From positions 144,627 through 208,626 of the forward strand of contig JAQTYF010000001.1 of the NCBI GenBank assembly GCA_028688415.1: 64,000 nt of DNA. Direction: 5' to 3'. This DNA comes from Candidatus Moraniibacteriota bacterium. GTDB taxonomy: Bacteria; Patescibacteriota; Minisyncoccia; Moranbacterales; UBA1568. Both the position numbers and the translations under genes were made by a program. The first letter of the stretch is position 1; the number at the start of each line of letters is the position of its first letter. Shown here one piece after another: positions 9,162 to 18,216 of the stretch. Below the pieces are notes generated by a model. It was given only the letters and a program-made list of their open reading frames with translations. It did no database searches and was not told where the DNA came from.

Positions 9162-10460
9162 TTGAGGCCATTTTATTTTTTCGATAAATACTCTATACTT
9201 CAAACTATGCAAGTATCTCATTTCGAAAATATACTCGAAGGGAAGGGAGGGAAGTTCCTTTCCATACACTGTCCACATCTGCAGGTGTCGATTGCTTCTG
9301 TATGGTTCGAAGCTGGTTCGATATATGATCCTTTGGGCAAAGAAGGATTGGCACATTTTTTCGAACATTTGCTCTTGCAGAAAACAAAAAAAGAGCCTTC
9401 TCGAACACAGAGACTCTATACTCTCGAATCTCGTGGAATAGATTTTTACGCCTACACGAACAAAGACTCAGCTTACTATTACCATATTCAAGAACCAGAG
9501 AAAACAAAAGAAAGCCTCGGATTACTCGCGCTTGGTATTGCAGACTTCGTTTTCGATGAAACCGATATCGAGAAAGAGAGAAATGTGATTCTTTCAGAGA
9601 AAGACACGTATGATGGAAATCGGGATGAGAAAGTGTGGGATTTTCTCTTCGATGGTTTGTATCATGGAAGTGTTTTTGCTCATAATCCGTTCGGAGATGC
9701 CCATTCGATTAGTTCTATTACGAAAGAAGATATAGAAAAATTTTATCGAGAATACTATAATCTCGAGAACGCTGTGTGGGTCATTCTCTCTCCGCAAGTA
9801 TCTGGTGCAGATGAGAAAATACATCTTGAGGAAACCTTACGTCCTTTTGTTGATGCAAGCGAGAAAGTGTCAATCGATCATGATGCGAGAGAAACAATGG
9901 GAAGTGTCCATGATCAGAGGATAGTTGCCTCATCAGAAGATACATCATTTCTCGTAGCTGAAGCATTTCGTACGACGGATATTTTTGATCAAGAAAATAT
10001 TCTTCGTATCGATCTTCTCCGTTCTATCATCGCCTCTGGGTGGATTTCTTGGGCAAATAAAATACTACGTACCGAGAAAAGTCTCATCTATTGGGCACGC
10101 AGTGTTTTCAGTCAATTTCATGATAGGGGATATGTAGCTTTCCTCTTTGATGTGCAAAATTCTTCCAAGACTGAAGCCATCACCCTCTTCGACAGATTGA
10201 TAGAAGATTCGAAGGATATCGAAAAAATGAGTGAACATCTGGATGCACACAAGAACGCTTTTGCAACACGATTTCTCCGCGTGTATCATAACCCAGAAGA
10301 TCTCTTGTGGTGGTATGGATACCCTGCTTTATTTGGTATTGTCAAAGAGTCTCCCAAAGAATATTTGCATCAACTGAAACAATTGAAAGCAGAAGAGCTC
10401 GTTTCTGTCGCAGAAAAAACTTTTACGAAGGAAAAGAGGAGTGTCATAGAGATTAGTTAG
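9162..10460 (+). CDS. M16-family zinc peptidase (pitrilysin/insulinase-like), active-type subunit
   Basis: HFFEH inverted zinc-binding motif (HxxEH) near the N-terminus, plus downstream glutamate-containing region typical of M16. Alternative start at 9207 (MQVSHF). Confidence 0.75.
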   Translation: MRPFYFFDKYSILQTMQVSHFENILEGKGGKFLSIHCPHLQVSIASVWFEAGSIYDPLGKEGLAHFFEHLLLQKTKKEPSRTQRLYTLESRGIDFYAYTNKDSAYYYHIQEPEKTKESLGLLALGIADFVFDETDIEKERNVILSEKDTYDGNRDEKVWDFLFDGLYHGSVFAHNPFGDAHSISSITKEDIEKFYREYYNLENAVWVILSPQVSGADEKIHLEETLRPFVDASEKVSIDHDARETMGSVHDQRIVASSEDTSFLVAEAFRTTDIFDQENILRIDLLRSIIASGWISWANKILRTEKSLIYWARSVFSQFHDRGYVAFLFDVQNSSKTEAITLFDRLIEDSKDIEKMSEHLDAHKNAFATRFLRVYHNPEDLLWWYGYPALFGIVKESPKEYLHQLKQLKAEELVSVAEKTFTKEKRSVIEIS

Positions 10461-10501
10461 TATGTATGGTATTTCTGTGACATATAATCATTACTATGAA
10501 T

Positions 10502-10552
10502 TTCAAGAATTTCCGCGTAGTATAGGCATTTATTGAGAATTTATAGAAAAGA
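10502..10552. repeat. 51-bp perfect direct repeat, copy 2
   Basis: Identical to 8484-8534. Confidence 0.9.
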
Positions 10553-10585
10553 GCCATTGACAAGGCTCTTTTTTTAGTGTATAAT
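10549..10585 (+). promoter_or_regulatory. terminator-like hairpin (agagcc-attgacaa-ggctct + T7) overlapping a TTGACA-17-TATAAT promoter
   Basis: TTGACA at 10557-10562 in the hairpin loop, 17-nt spacer, TATAAT at 10580-10585; upstream of the membrane protein gene. Confidence 0.4.
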
Positions 10586-10643
10586 ATAAATTTGATAGTC
10601 AAATGGGTTGATTATTGAAAGTTTTTTGAAAAAGGAGTCGCAA

Positions 10644-11249
10644 ATGAAAGTAATGAAGAAATTTGTCGCTTTCATGGCGACACATAAAGAGCAGATTGCT
10701 CTCATTGCTACCGGACAAGGTGTGATGAGCGTGATCAATTGGCTCTATGATAATCCTCTTTACATAGGGGTTATCGCGTATTTCGGACCAGTGGTAGGCG
10801 GGGCAATGATGACAGCGGGTTCGCTTGTCATTTGTCTCGGCCTTATCCTCTTCTATAATAAGAAGGGTGTAGACTGGCTTGGAGTAGGAGCACTTGACGC
10901 GGTGAAGGAGATTTCTCTGGAATACGCCAAGAAGCTCGTTGAATGGAGGTCAGATTCGATTTTTGGTAAGATAGCATACTTCGTATTCTATCTTCCGATT
11001 CAGCTGATTTTCATTCTTGCACATCTTGTGAATCACAAGGTGTGGGGTGGTGTAGTAGCATTTGTGTTACTTTCCATCTTCACAGACCCATTCGTGACGA
11101 CTGCCTATTCTCGTCACGGAAATTACGGCCCGATGAAGGTTCGTGATTGGGTGGTATTTTTCGGAAGTGTCGTGCTCAGCAATGGGTACTGGATATTCCG
11201 GACCACAGTGGTCATCGAGGTAGCGAAGGCCATTTGGAAGTTTGTTTGA
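10644..11249 (+). CDS. hypothetical integral membrane protein
   Basis: Several hydrophobic segments; AAAGGAG RBS 7 nt before ATG 10644. Confidence 0.5.
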   Translation: MKVMKKFVAFMATHKEQIALIATGQGVMSVINWLYDNPLYIGVIAYFGPVVGGAMMTAGSLVICLGLILFYNKKGVDWLGVGALDAVKEISLEYAKKLVEWRSDSIFGKIAYFVFYLPIQLIFILAHLVNHKVWGGVVAFVLLSIFTDPFVTTAYSRHGNYGPMKVRDWVVFFGSVVLSNGYWIFRTTVVIEVAKAIWKFV

Positions 11250-11328
11250 GTGGAGGGTGAAACATCATTGATGTATCACCCTTTCATTTCATTTTACGAA
11301 AAACTTATTTTTTGCTAAAATACTTTCT

Positions 11329-12072
11329 ATGAAAGATGTTTTGAATACGAAAATATACACGAATTTGGATGAAGCGAAAGCAGAAATTCAAAGACGTTGG
11401 AAGGACGAAGAATTGAAGAAAAAAGTCTTAGAATATCTCGGGGATATTCCAGAGTTTTTTTGTGATGAACCGAGAGCTATTCTTCATAGACATATTACTT
11501 CTCCAAATATTGAATTTCAACAATTTATTGATCATTCAAGAGATTTCGGACTGAAACCGCTCGGTTTGGAATATACCAATGATATTTTTTTGACGAGAAA
11601 TCATGACAAGCTTGGATTAGGGAAGTTACCCTTTATCTCGGATAACAAAAAAAATGTACATTACAGGAAGGTGATCGATCTGATGGGGTCAGAGAAAAAA
11701 AAGTTTGCAGATATTCAAACATTATGGGGTGAAAATCTCATTGATTTTCATCATAATTTATTGAGAAATGCTTCATTTGACATAGAAACAGCAGATCTTT
11801 CATATTGGTACGGTAGACATGGAGATAATGCTCTCAATCGATATGAAAAATTATTAGCTTTTTTCGTCGCACATGGTGTTTTGTTTGAAAATTTCATTAC
11901 AGACGAGAAAGAATTAGCATTTGCGGAAACAGTTGTTTGTCCAGCTATTGAAAAAATTACTTCTCTTTTCGGAGTAAAACCTCTTATTGTTCCAGTTTTT
12001 GCTCTCGATCAAGAAATGGAGGATTCTTGGTGGTGCTATGAGCAAGAAAAAGAATCTTTCATGAGTCATTAG
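11329..12072 (+). CDS. hypothetical protein (247 aa)
   Basis: ORF with coding composition; no motif recognised. Confidence 0.45.
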   Translation: MKDVLNTKIYTNLDEAKAEIQRRWKDEELKKKVLEYLGDIPEFFCDEPRAILHRHITSPNIEFQQFIDHSRDFGLKPLGLEYTNDIFLTRNHDKLGLGKLPFISDNKKNVHYRKVIDLMGSEKKKFADIQTLWGENLIDFHHNLLRNASFDIETADLSYWYGRHGDNALNRYEKLLAFFVAHGVLFENFITDEKELAFAETVVCPAIEKITSLFGVKPLIVPVFALDQEMEDSWWCYEQEKESFMSH

Positions 12073-12099
12073 GAATAATTCATCATGTATTGTCATCTT

Positions 12100-12137
12100 A
12101 GTCCTGTCTGTTTCGATAACGGCAGGACTTTTTTTAT
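12100..12137 (+). terminator. rho-independent terminator
   Basis: Stem agtcctg/caggact with 16-nt loop, followed by TTTTTTTATTTTT. Confidence 0.6.
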
Positions 12138-12201
12138 TTTTGAAATGTGGTAGAATAAAAAATAGATTAAGAACATTTTGTAATAACATAAACATATTCC
12201 A

Positions 12202-12780
12202 ATGAATAATAAAGACGGATCAATTGATAATACAACTCTTTTTAAAAAATGTGATTTCTCAGATTTCAAGAAAGTACTTATTAGAATAAAACCGTCAGAA
12301 AGATTTGGAGGAATAGGCTTGTTTGCTATGAGGGATCTTGGAAAAGGGATGATGTTCGCAAAATGGGAACTTATGAATGAAGATCTTTTCTTTTCCTGGG
12401 ATGATTTTGAAAAAATTGATGAGGAATCCAAAGAAACTGTTCTGGATTTTTGTGCTGAGGCGGAAAATGGCTTCTATGCACCAACTGATATAAATTATAT
12501 ATCACTCCCTTGGCACATGAACCACTGTTGTGATGGAAACGTAGGATTTAATGAAAATGGTGATTTTATAACTATCAAAGACGTGAAAAAAGGAGAAGAA
12601 CTTTTCTATGATTATGGTTTGGTAATGTCGAATTCGAGATATAAGCTTGATTGTAAGTGCGGATCAGAAAATTGTCGAAAGATAATTACAGGTGATGATT
12701 GGAAAAATATCAATTTTCAGAAAGAAAATTATCAGTATATGTCTCCAGAAATAAAGGAGATGATAGATTCAATAAAATAA
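12202..12780 (+). CDS. SET-domain protein (putative protein-lysine methyltransferase)
   Basis: NHCCDGN (NHSCxPN motif), ELFYDYG (ELxxDY), and post-SET cysteines CKCGSENCRK. Confidence 0.7.
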   Translation: MNNKDGSIDNTTLFKKCDFSDFKKVLIRIKPSERFGGIGLFAMRDLGKGMMFAKWELMNEDLFFSWDDFEKIDEESKETVLDFCAEAENGFYAPTDINYISLPWHMNHCCDGNVGFNENGDFITIKDVKKGEELFYDYGLVMSNSRYKLDCKCGSENCRKIITGDDWKNINFQKENYQYMSPEIKEMIDSIK

Positions 12781-12787
12781 AAAAAAT

Positions 12788-14512
12788 ATGGATTTTAATA
12801 TAATTACGAACAGTGAGATTTGTATTGCGAATACACAACAATACTTAACAGGACTCGTCTATTATTCTCATTTTCCGATGATCATACTGTCTTTATTTTT
12901 TGGATTTTTTGTATTTTTAAAAAATAAAAGTTCGTTAGCGTCAAAATGTTTACTGGGTATTACGTTCTTCTTTTCTTTATGGCTTGTTTTTGATTTTATT
13001 TTGTGGAAAAGTAGCAATAGTAGTTTGCTTATGTTTTCTTGGGCTATACTAGGTGTATTTGAAGCACTCTTTTTCATTCTAGGTTTATATTTTATATATA
13101 CATTCATTGATAAAAAAGATGTTTCCAATAGTATAAAATTCATTTTTTTACTTCTTTCTTTGCCAGTTCTCTTTCTGACTCCAACGACATTTAACTTATC
13201 AAATTTTGATATCATAAATTGTGTTCCCGTTGAATCAGGGATATCTTTGGACTACGTTATTTCTTTGAAATTGATTATTTTATTGTGGATTTTTATTCTG
13301 TTGATAGTGAAATACCGGAAGCCTCCTGTAGACATATCAAGATTACAAATTTTTCTGTTAGGTTTAGGTATAATGTTGTTTCTATCTTCGTATTTTGTTT
13401 TGTCTTACGTTTCTGATTATTTGTACAATGCAGGTTATGAATGGGGGTATCAGGTTGAACAGGGTGGAATTCTCGCTATGGGTATTTTTCTTGGGTTTCT
13501 TAGTTATCTCATCGTTAAATTCAAGGCATTTGATATCAAACTGATCGGAGCACAAGCGTTGGTGTTAACACAATTTGCCCTTATTAGCTCAATGTTCTTT
13601 TTTGCCACGGTACTTATAAGTCGCGTCCTCATTGGAGTGACACTCTTTGGTACGACTATTGCTGGTTGGTATCTGATCCGATCAGTGAAGGCAGAAATCA
13701 AACGCAAGGAAGAGCTCGAAAAGATATCGCATACACTGATGGTGGCGAATGAACGATTGAAAGAGCTCGATGCCGCCAAATCAGAATTCATCTCTATTGC
13801 ATCACACCAGCTCCGTACACCGCTCACGGCTATCAAAGGTTACCTCTCACTCTTGCTCGAGGGCTCCTATGGGCCAGTCTCTCCTCAGGTACTCGATATT
13901 CTGAACAAACTCTACGGTGTGAACAATCGTCTCGTCCATCTCGTGGAGGATCTGCTCAATGTCTCTCGTATCGAAGCAGGGCGTATCCAATACAGTTTTG
14001 CTCCGACACAGATCGAGCCTATCCTCGTTGAACTCGTCGATATGTTCCTTTCTCCAGCTCAAGAAAAGAATCTGACTATTGATATCCATCTCTCCAAGCA
14101 TCCGCTCCCTCTCATCACGATGGATCCAAACAAAATCAAAGAAGTGGTGTCCAACCTCATCGACAATGCAGTGAAATACACCAAAGTAGGTGGTGTGACA
14201 GTCACACTCCAGAACACGCCTGAGGTCGCCCGTATCATCATCTCGGATACTGGTATCGGTATTCACGAAAGTGACAAGAAGAACCTCTTCCAGAAATTCC
14301 TTCGAAGCAAGGAAACAACGAAAATGGTAGTCTCTGGAGCGGGTCTCGGTCTCTACGTCGGCAAGAGTTTTATCGAAGCACACGGAGGCAAGATCTGGGC
14401 AGAATCCGATGGTCCAGATAGAGGCTCTCGCTTCATCATCGAACTCCCGATCAAAAACACTCATATTCAGATCGGTACGTCTGATGAACCTACTTCTGTC
14501 GAAAAAGAGTAA
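12788..14512 (+). CDS. membrane sensor histidine kinase (multi-TM N-terminus, HisKA + HATPase_c)
   Basis: H-box SHQLRTPLTAIKGYLSLL; N, G1 and G2 boxes (DNAVKYT, DTGIGI, GAGLGL). GC rises in the kinase-domain half. Confidence 0.85.
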   Translation: MDFNIITNSEICIANTQQYLTGLVYYSHFPMIILSLFFGFFVFLKNKSSLASKCLLGITFFFSLWLVFDFILWKSSNSSLLMFSWAILGVFEALFFILGLYFIYTFIDKKDVSNSIKFIFLLLSLPVLFLTPTTFNLSNFDIINCVPVESGISLDYVISLKLIILLWIFILLIVKYRKPPVDISRLQIFLLGLGIMLFLSSYFVLSYVSDYLYNAGYEWGYQVEQGGILAMGIFLGFLSYLIVKFKAFDIKLIGAQALVLTQFALISSMFFFATVLISRVLIGVTLFGTTIAGWYLIRSVKAEIKRKEELEKISHTLMVANERLKELDAAKSEFISIASHQLRTPLTAIKGYLSLLLEGSYGPVSPQVLDILNKLYGVNNRLVHLVEDLLNVSRIEAGRIQYSFAPTQIEPILVELVDMFLSPAQEKNLTIDIHLSKHPLPLITMDPNKIKEVVSNLIDNAVKYTKVGGVTVTLQNTPEVARIIISDTGIGIHESDKKNLFQKFLRSKETTKMVVSGAGLGLYVGKSFIEAHGGKIWAESDGPDRGSRFIIELPIKNTHIQIGTSDEPTSVEKE

Positions 14513-14575
14513 TCTATAGAATGAAATTATTGTTGATAGATAATATGAAATAAAGTTCTATATAATAGAAAATAT

Positions 14576-16603
14576 ATGAACATTTGTGATAATTTTGATA
14601 GGATTAGCACACTCTCTAATAGAGATTTAGTGTCGCGTGGAGCGCCGTATTTGTTCAGACTTTTTACTATTGCAATAAAAGAATTCTCAAGTTTGTTTTC
14701 TATTGCTGAAGACGATGAACAAAAATGTTTTTATTTTTATGTTAGTAAAGATAAAAACATAATATTTAAATCAAGTGCGGTTAGTTTTTCGTGCGATAGG
14801 TATATTATAAATGCAGATTCAAAACTTTTTGTTAGTGTAAAGAATGGTGCTTGGAGGACATTTAATTTTGATGATTTTAAGCACTTACTATTAATTATAA
14901 ATAAAAATTATAAAATAAATAAAGATTTTGACATTAATAATCAAATCAAAAAAGTTATCCAACAGACAAGATATTATATTTTTATAACGGAACGTGTCTT
15001 TGATACTAAAATAAACTTAAAGAGATATAGTCGAAATCATGATTTTTTTAGTGACTTACTTTTCAATTCACATAAACGGATTCTGGCTTTTTCATTGGTT
15101 GACGCTTTCGGTGTAACTTACGGACACTTAGATCACCCAACCCCATATCCGTATTCAAGTGGATTGAAACAAAGTCTATTGGGAGCTGATCCTTTTTTAT
15201 CATTTATTAGAGAGATGGATAAGATAATCAAATTGAATGATGACGAATTGAAGTCGATTATTAAAAAACCTGATGTCTTACAGAAGAAATTTGATGTATC
15301 ATCTAATGGAATTAGTCTGATTTTAGTGCCTAGATATTTCTTCGTGGAAGATGAACGCCTGCACCTAGAAGAAATCTCTTCAATCCTTAATTCTACAATT
15401 AAAAATCTTTACGGACGCGAGATTGATTATGATAAAAGTAAGAATTACTTGCTATTTATTCCTGAGATTGAGCGTGGTTTTGCATTATCGAGCAAGTCAC
15501 TTTTATTTCAGGAATGTAAAATATTATCAGAGAGTCTTTTTGGTATTTCCTCAAGTTCGGGAAGAAGCATGATTGTGCCTGTAGTTCTAGAAAATAATAA
15601 GAATAGTTTTCTATTCCTAAAAACATCATGGCCTGATATCATAAAGACAGCCTACAATAGAGGGTTGAGGATTAGTGTAGTTGAATGGTATTTGGTATGT
15701 TACGAAATCTTCAGCTCATTTTCGTCAAATGAGTTTGAATTTTTCTCGGAAGAAATCTTTAGTCCGATTTTAAAAGATCATGATGTAACAAAATATCTAA
15801 CTTTTATTTCAAGAAAACTTTTAATGTTAGAAAGAGATAAAAATGAATTCGTTTTGCCGCTAATAGGGTTGGTTGTTCCTAATCACGCATATCCTTTTGA
15901 TGAAACTCCTCTGGTTCATTTTATGAAGCTGAGTCAAAATCCAGAGCTATTCTTGAGATGTCTAGTAGACTGTATAACGAAAGCAATTATATCGCAGCTT
16001 CTCAGTAAGGGTGTTTATCATAGTTCACATCTTCAGAACTGTTGTATAATTTTCAAAAAAAATGGCAAAGACATCTTGCCAATAAAAGCCCTTTTAAGAG
16101 ATGGAGACATACGGGTTTGCGAAGATTATTCCTCATTACTTTCTATTGAGGAAATTAAGACAATTAGTAATTTGAGGAAAAAAAGAAATAAAATTTATCA
16201 TGAAAAAAAGTTTTATAAGCATCTTTTTCATAACATAATTAATGAAAACTTTGGTAATATTGAGCAGTGTTTATTGATAGATAACCAATTTTCATCAGAG
16301 TTTTTTTGGCGATTAGTCCGTTCTAGTTTTGAAGATGCAATCAAGAGGAATGTAAAAGTTTTGAAAACAAGGAATGAATATAGAAAAATTCACGGAGTTA
16401 TAGTAAAAAATTTTACGGAAACAGTTTTTAAGGGAAGCGGTTACTCAGTGAATTTTTTTCGAATGAGTTTTTTTGGAGTAAAGGAAAACTTTATTAAAGT
16501 ACACAATCCTTTTTTAGGAAGAAAATCTTTTGAATTATACACAGCCAGGAGTCAGAGTATTACGGATACAAAAACCAATGAAGAAGAGTCACTTCGTCTT
16601 TAA
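14576..16603 (+). CDS. hypothetical large protein (675 aa), very AT-rich
   Basis: Uninterrupted ORF at ~30% GC. C-terminal third contains SHLQN...LRDGDIRV, faintly reminiscent of IucA/IucC-type ligase motifs (unconfirmed). Confidence 0.5.
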   Translation: MNICDNFDRISTLSNRDLVSRGAPYLFRLFTIAIKEFSSLFSIAEDDEQKCFYFYVSKDKNIIFKSSAVSFSCDRYIINADSKLFVSVKNGAWRTFNFDDFKHLLLIINKNYKINKDFDINNQIKKVIQQTRYYIFITERVFDTKINLKRYSRNHDFFSDLLFNSHKRILAFSLVDAFGVTYGHLDHPTPYPYSSGLKQSLLGADPFLSFIREMDKIIKLNDDELKSIIKKPDVLQKKFDVSSNGISLILVPRYFFVEDERLHLEEISSILNSTIKNLYGREIDYDKSKNYLLFIPEIERGFALSSKSLLFQECKILSESLFGISSSSGRSMIVPVVLENNKNSFLFLKTSWPDIIKTAYNRGLRISVVEWYLVCYEIFSSFSSNEFEFFSEEIFSPILKDHDVTKYLTFISRKLLMLERDKNEFVLPLIGLVVPNHAYPFDETPLVHFMKLSQNPELFLRCLVDCITKAIISQLLSKGVYHSSHLQNCCIIFKKNGKDILPIKALLRDGDIRVCEDYSSLLSIEEIKTISNLRKKRNKIYHEKKFYKHLFHNIINENFGNIEQCLLIDNQFSSEFFWRLVRSSFEDAIKRNVKVLKTRNEYRKIHGVIVKNFTETVFKGSGYSVNFFRMSFFGVKENFIKVHNPFLGRKSFELYTARSQSITDTKTNEEESLRL

Positions 16604-16710
16604 TTTTTTGAGAATAAAGATAATTGATTAAAAAGCTAGATACGTAGAATTTTTTTTTGAGTTCCGGAAGGAGAAAGTAAGTTGTTAATATATTTTAATG
16701 AATCATTCCT

Positions 16711-17610
16711 ATGACCGAGCTAGAATCAATTAAAAAAATACGGTTTGTCCTTACGGATTTTTGTAATTATCAATGTAGATTTTGTCATAATGAAGGAACT
16801 CCAACAAAGAACACACGGTTTTTGGATAAGGAGAGTATTTTTTCGTTAACGAGTGTGGCTAAAGATTTAGGTATTAAAAAAATTACTCTAACAGGAGGCG
16901 AACCATTACTTCACCCAGAAATTGTAGCTATTGTAGACGGTATCAATGCTATATATCCAGAAGCTATCTTAGGGATGACAACTAATGGGATGTTATTTGA
17001 TAAAAATAAATTTGCTACGATTATTACTAATCTTAGTCGGTTACGTTTAAATTTTCAAAGTTTAGATGAAAAAGTTTTAAAATATATTTGTGGTAATGGC
17101 GCTAATATTAGTAAAGCGCTTTTGATGATTGATGACGTGAGGAAACTGAATCCTGATTTAAATATTTGTTTGAATTTTGTTTTAACAACTTATAACAAAG
17201 AATCACTTTCTGATGTTATAAAATTTGCAATTAAAAATAATCTAGATGTAAAATTGTTAGAGTATATGGCTCTCAATAAAGATCTTTATGTTGAAGTCAA
17301 ATATGCTAAAGATATATTAGAGTCTCTTCGACCTATTAAAAAGTATAAAGACTATCAGGACGATGATATTTATATGTTTACAGGATCTTCAAGTCGGATA
17401 CGTTTATGCTATTCATTTTGCAATGGTTTTAGATGTAAATCTTGTCGTGAATGTGGTGAAATTAGATTGGCACCAGGGTTAACCCTTAAGCACTGTTTTG
17501 ATGAGAGAATTGAAGAGGTTGATATTAGAAAAGAGTTGCTAGAACAGAATCTGGAATCAATAAAAAAGAAGATCATTTCAATTGATCAAATTAAGGGAAG
17601 ATTGCTCTGA
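16711..17610 (+). CDS. radical SAM enzyme, MoaA-like (GTP 3',8-cyclase family)
   Basis: CNYQCRFC (CX3CX2C) in TDFCNYQCRFC context like MoaA TDRCNLRCxYC; ITLTGGEPLL; MTTNGML; C-terminal CRECGEIRLAPGLTLKHC = CX2CX13C auxiliary-cluster motif characteristic of MoaA. Confidence 0.75.
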   Translation: MTELESIKKIRFVLTDFCNYQCRFCHNEGTPTKNTRFLDKESIFSLTSVAKDLGIKKITLTGGEPLLHPEIVAIVDGINAIYPEAILGMTTNGMLFDKNKFATIITNLSRLRLNFQSLDEKVLKYICGNGANISKALLMIDDVRKLNPDLNICLNFVLTTYNKESLSDVIKFAIKNNLDVKLLEYMALNKDLYVEVKYAKDILESLRPIKKYKDYQDDDIYMFTGSSSRIRLCYSFCNGFRCKSCRECGEIRLAPGLTLKHCFDERIEEVDIRKELLEQNLESIKKKIISIDQIKGRLL

Positions 17611-17664
17611 CACGTCTAGTTATTATATGATTTTAGAAATTTCTTTTCTAAAATAAAATTATTT

Positions 17665-18144
17665 ATGACCTCTGTATTTAAGAAGATATTTAACTATGAG
17701 GACGATCTCTCAGTATTCAAAGGAATAGATGCGAATAGAATTGCTTGTAATACGATAGTTTTGTGTGGTAATAAAATACTATTAGGTTGTCGGCGAAAGA
17801 AATATGCAAAAGGGATGTGGTGTTTGCCCGGTGGCCACTTAAACCTTGGGGAGAGTTTAGATAAATGTTTCTCTAGAGAACTTTACGAAGAAGTTGGTGT
17901 CGTCGGTAGTGGACAAGTTCCATTTTTGATAGTAGAAGAAGTTTCTGAAAAATATATATTTTATCACTTTTTTGCGTATTTAAGAATTAAAAGAAAACGA
18001 GCAGGTTGGTTTGTAAATAAAGAACCAAAAAATTTTTCTTGTTGGCTCCTTTTTGATTATAAAGATATTCCTGATGAAATGATTACATCTCATAGATTGG
18101 CTGCTGATTATCTTTTTTCGAAGAATCGTGTTATAAGAATATGA
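17665..18144 (+). CDS. Nudix hydrolase
   Basis: Nudix box GGHLNLGESLDKCFSRELYEEVGV (Gx5Ex7REUxEExGU). Confidence 0.75.
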   Translation: MTSVFKKIFNYEDDLSVFKGIDANRIACNTIVLCGNKILLGCRRKKYAKGMWCLPGGHLNLGESLDKCFSRELYEEVGVVGSGQVPFLIVEEVSEKYIFYHFFAYLRIKRKRAGWFVNKEPKNFSCWLLFDYKDIPDEMITSHRLAADYLFSKNRVIRI

Positions 18145-18216
18145 TGATTAGTTGGAAGGAAATTGTGTAGCCGATTGCTATCGTATAGAGTGATTGTCGC
18201 TTGTTATGTTGAAGAG

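Noticed and set aside
8985-9368. 127-aa His/Arg-rich minus-strand ORF, plus 8972..9154 minus
   Set aside because: It is the antisense of the GGT/GGC-rich glycine peptide gene and overlaps the M16 start. The composition is an artefact of reverse-complementing Gly codons.
13847-14464. 205-aa minus-strand ORF inside the histidine kinase gene, plus similar antisense ORFs in hss (7552..7860), dnaK (59850..60299), cysS and aspS
   Set aside because: All lie antisense within genes whose motifs are confidently assigned on the opposite strand. None has an RBS or a recognisable motif.
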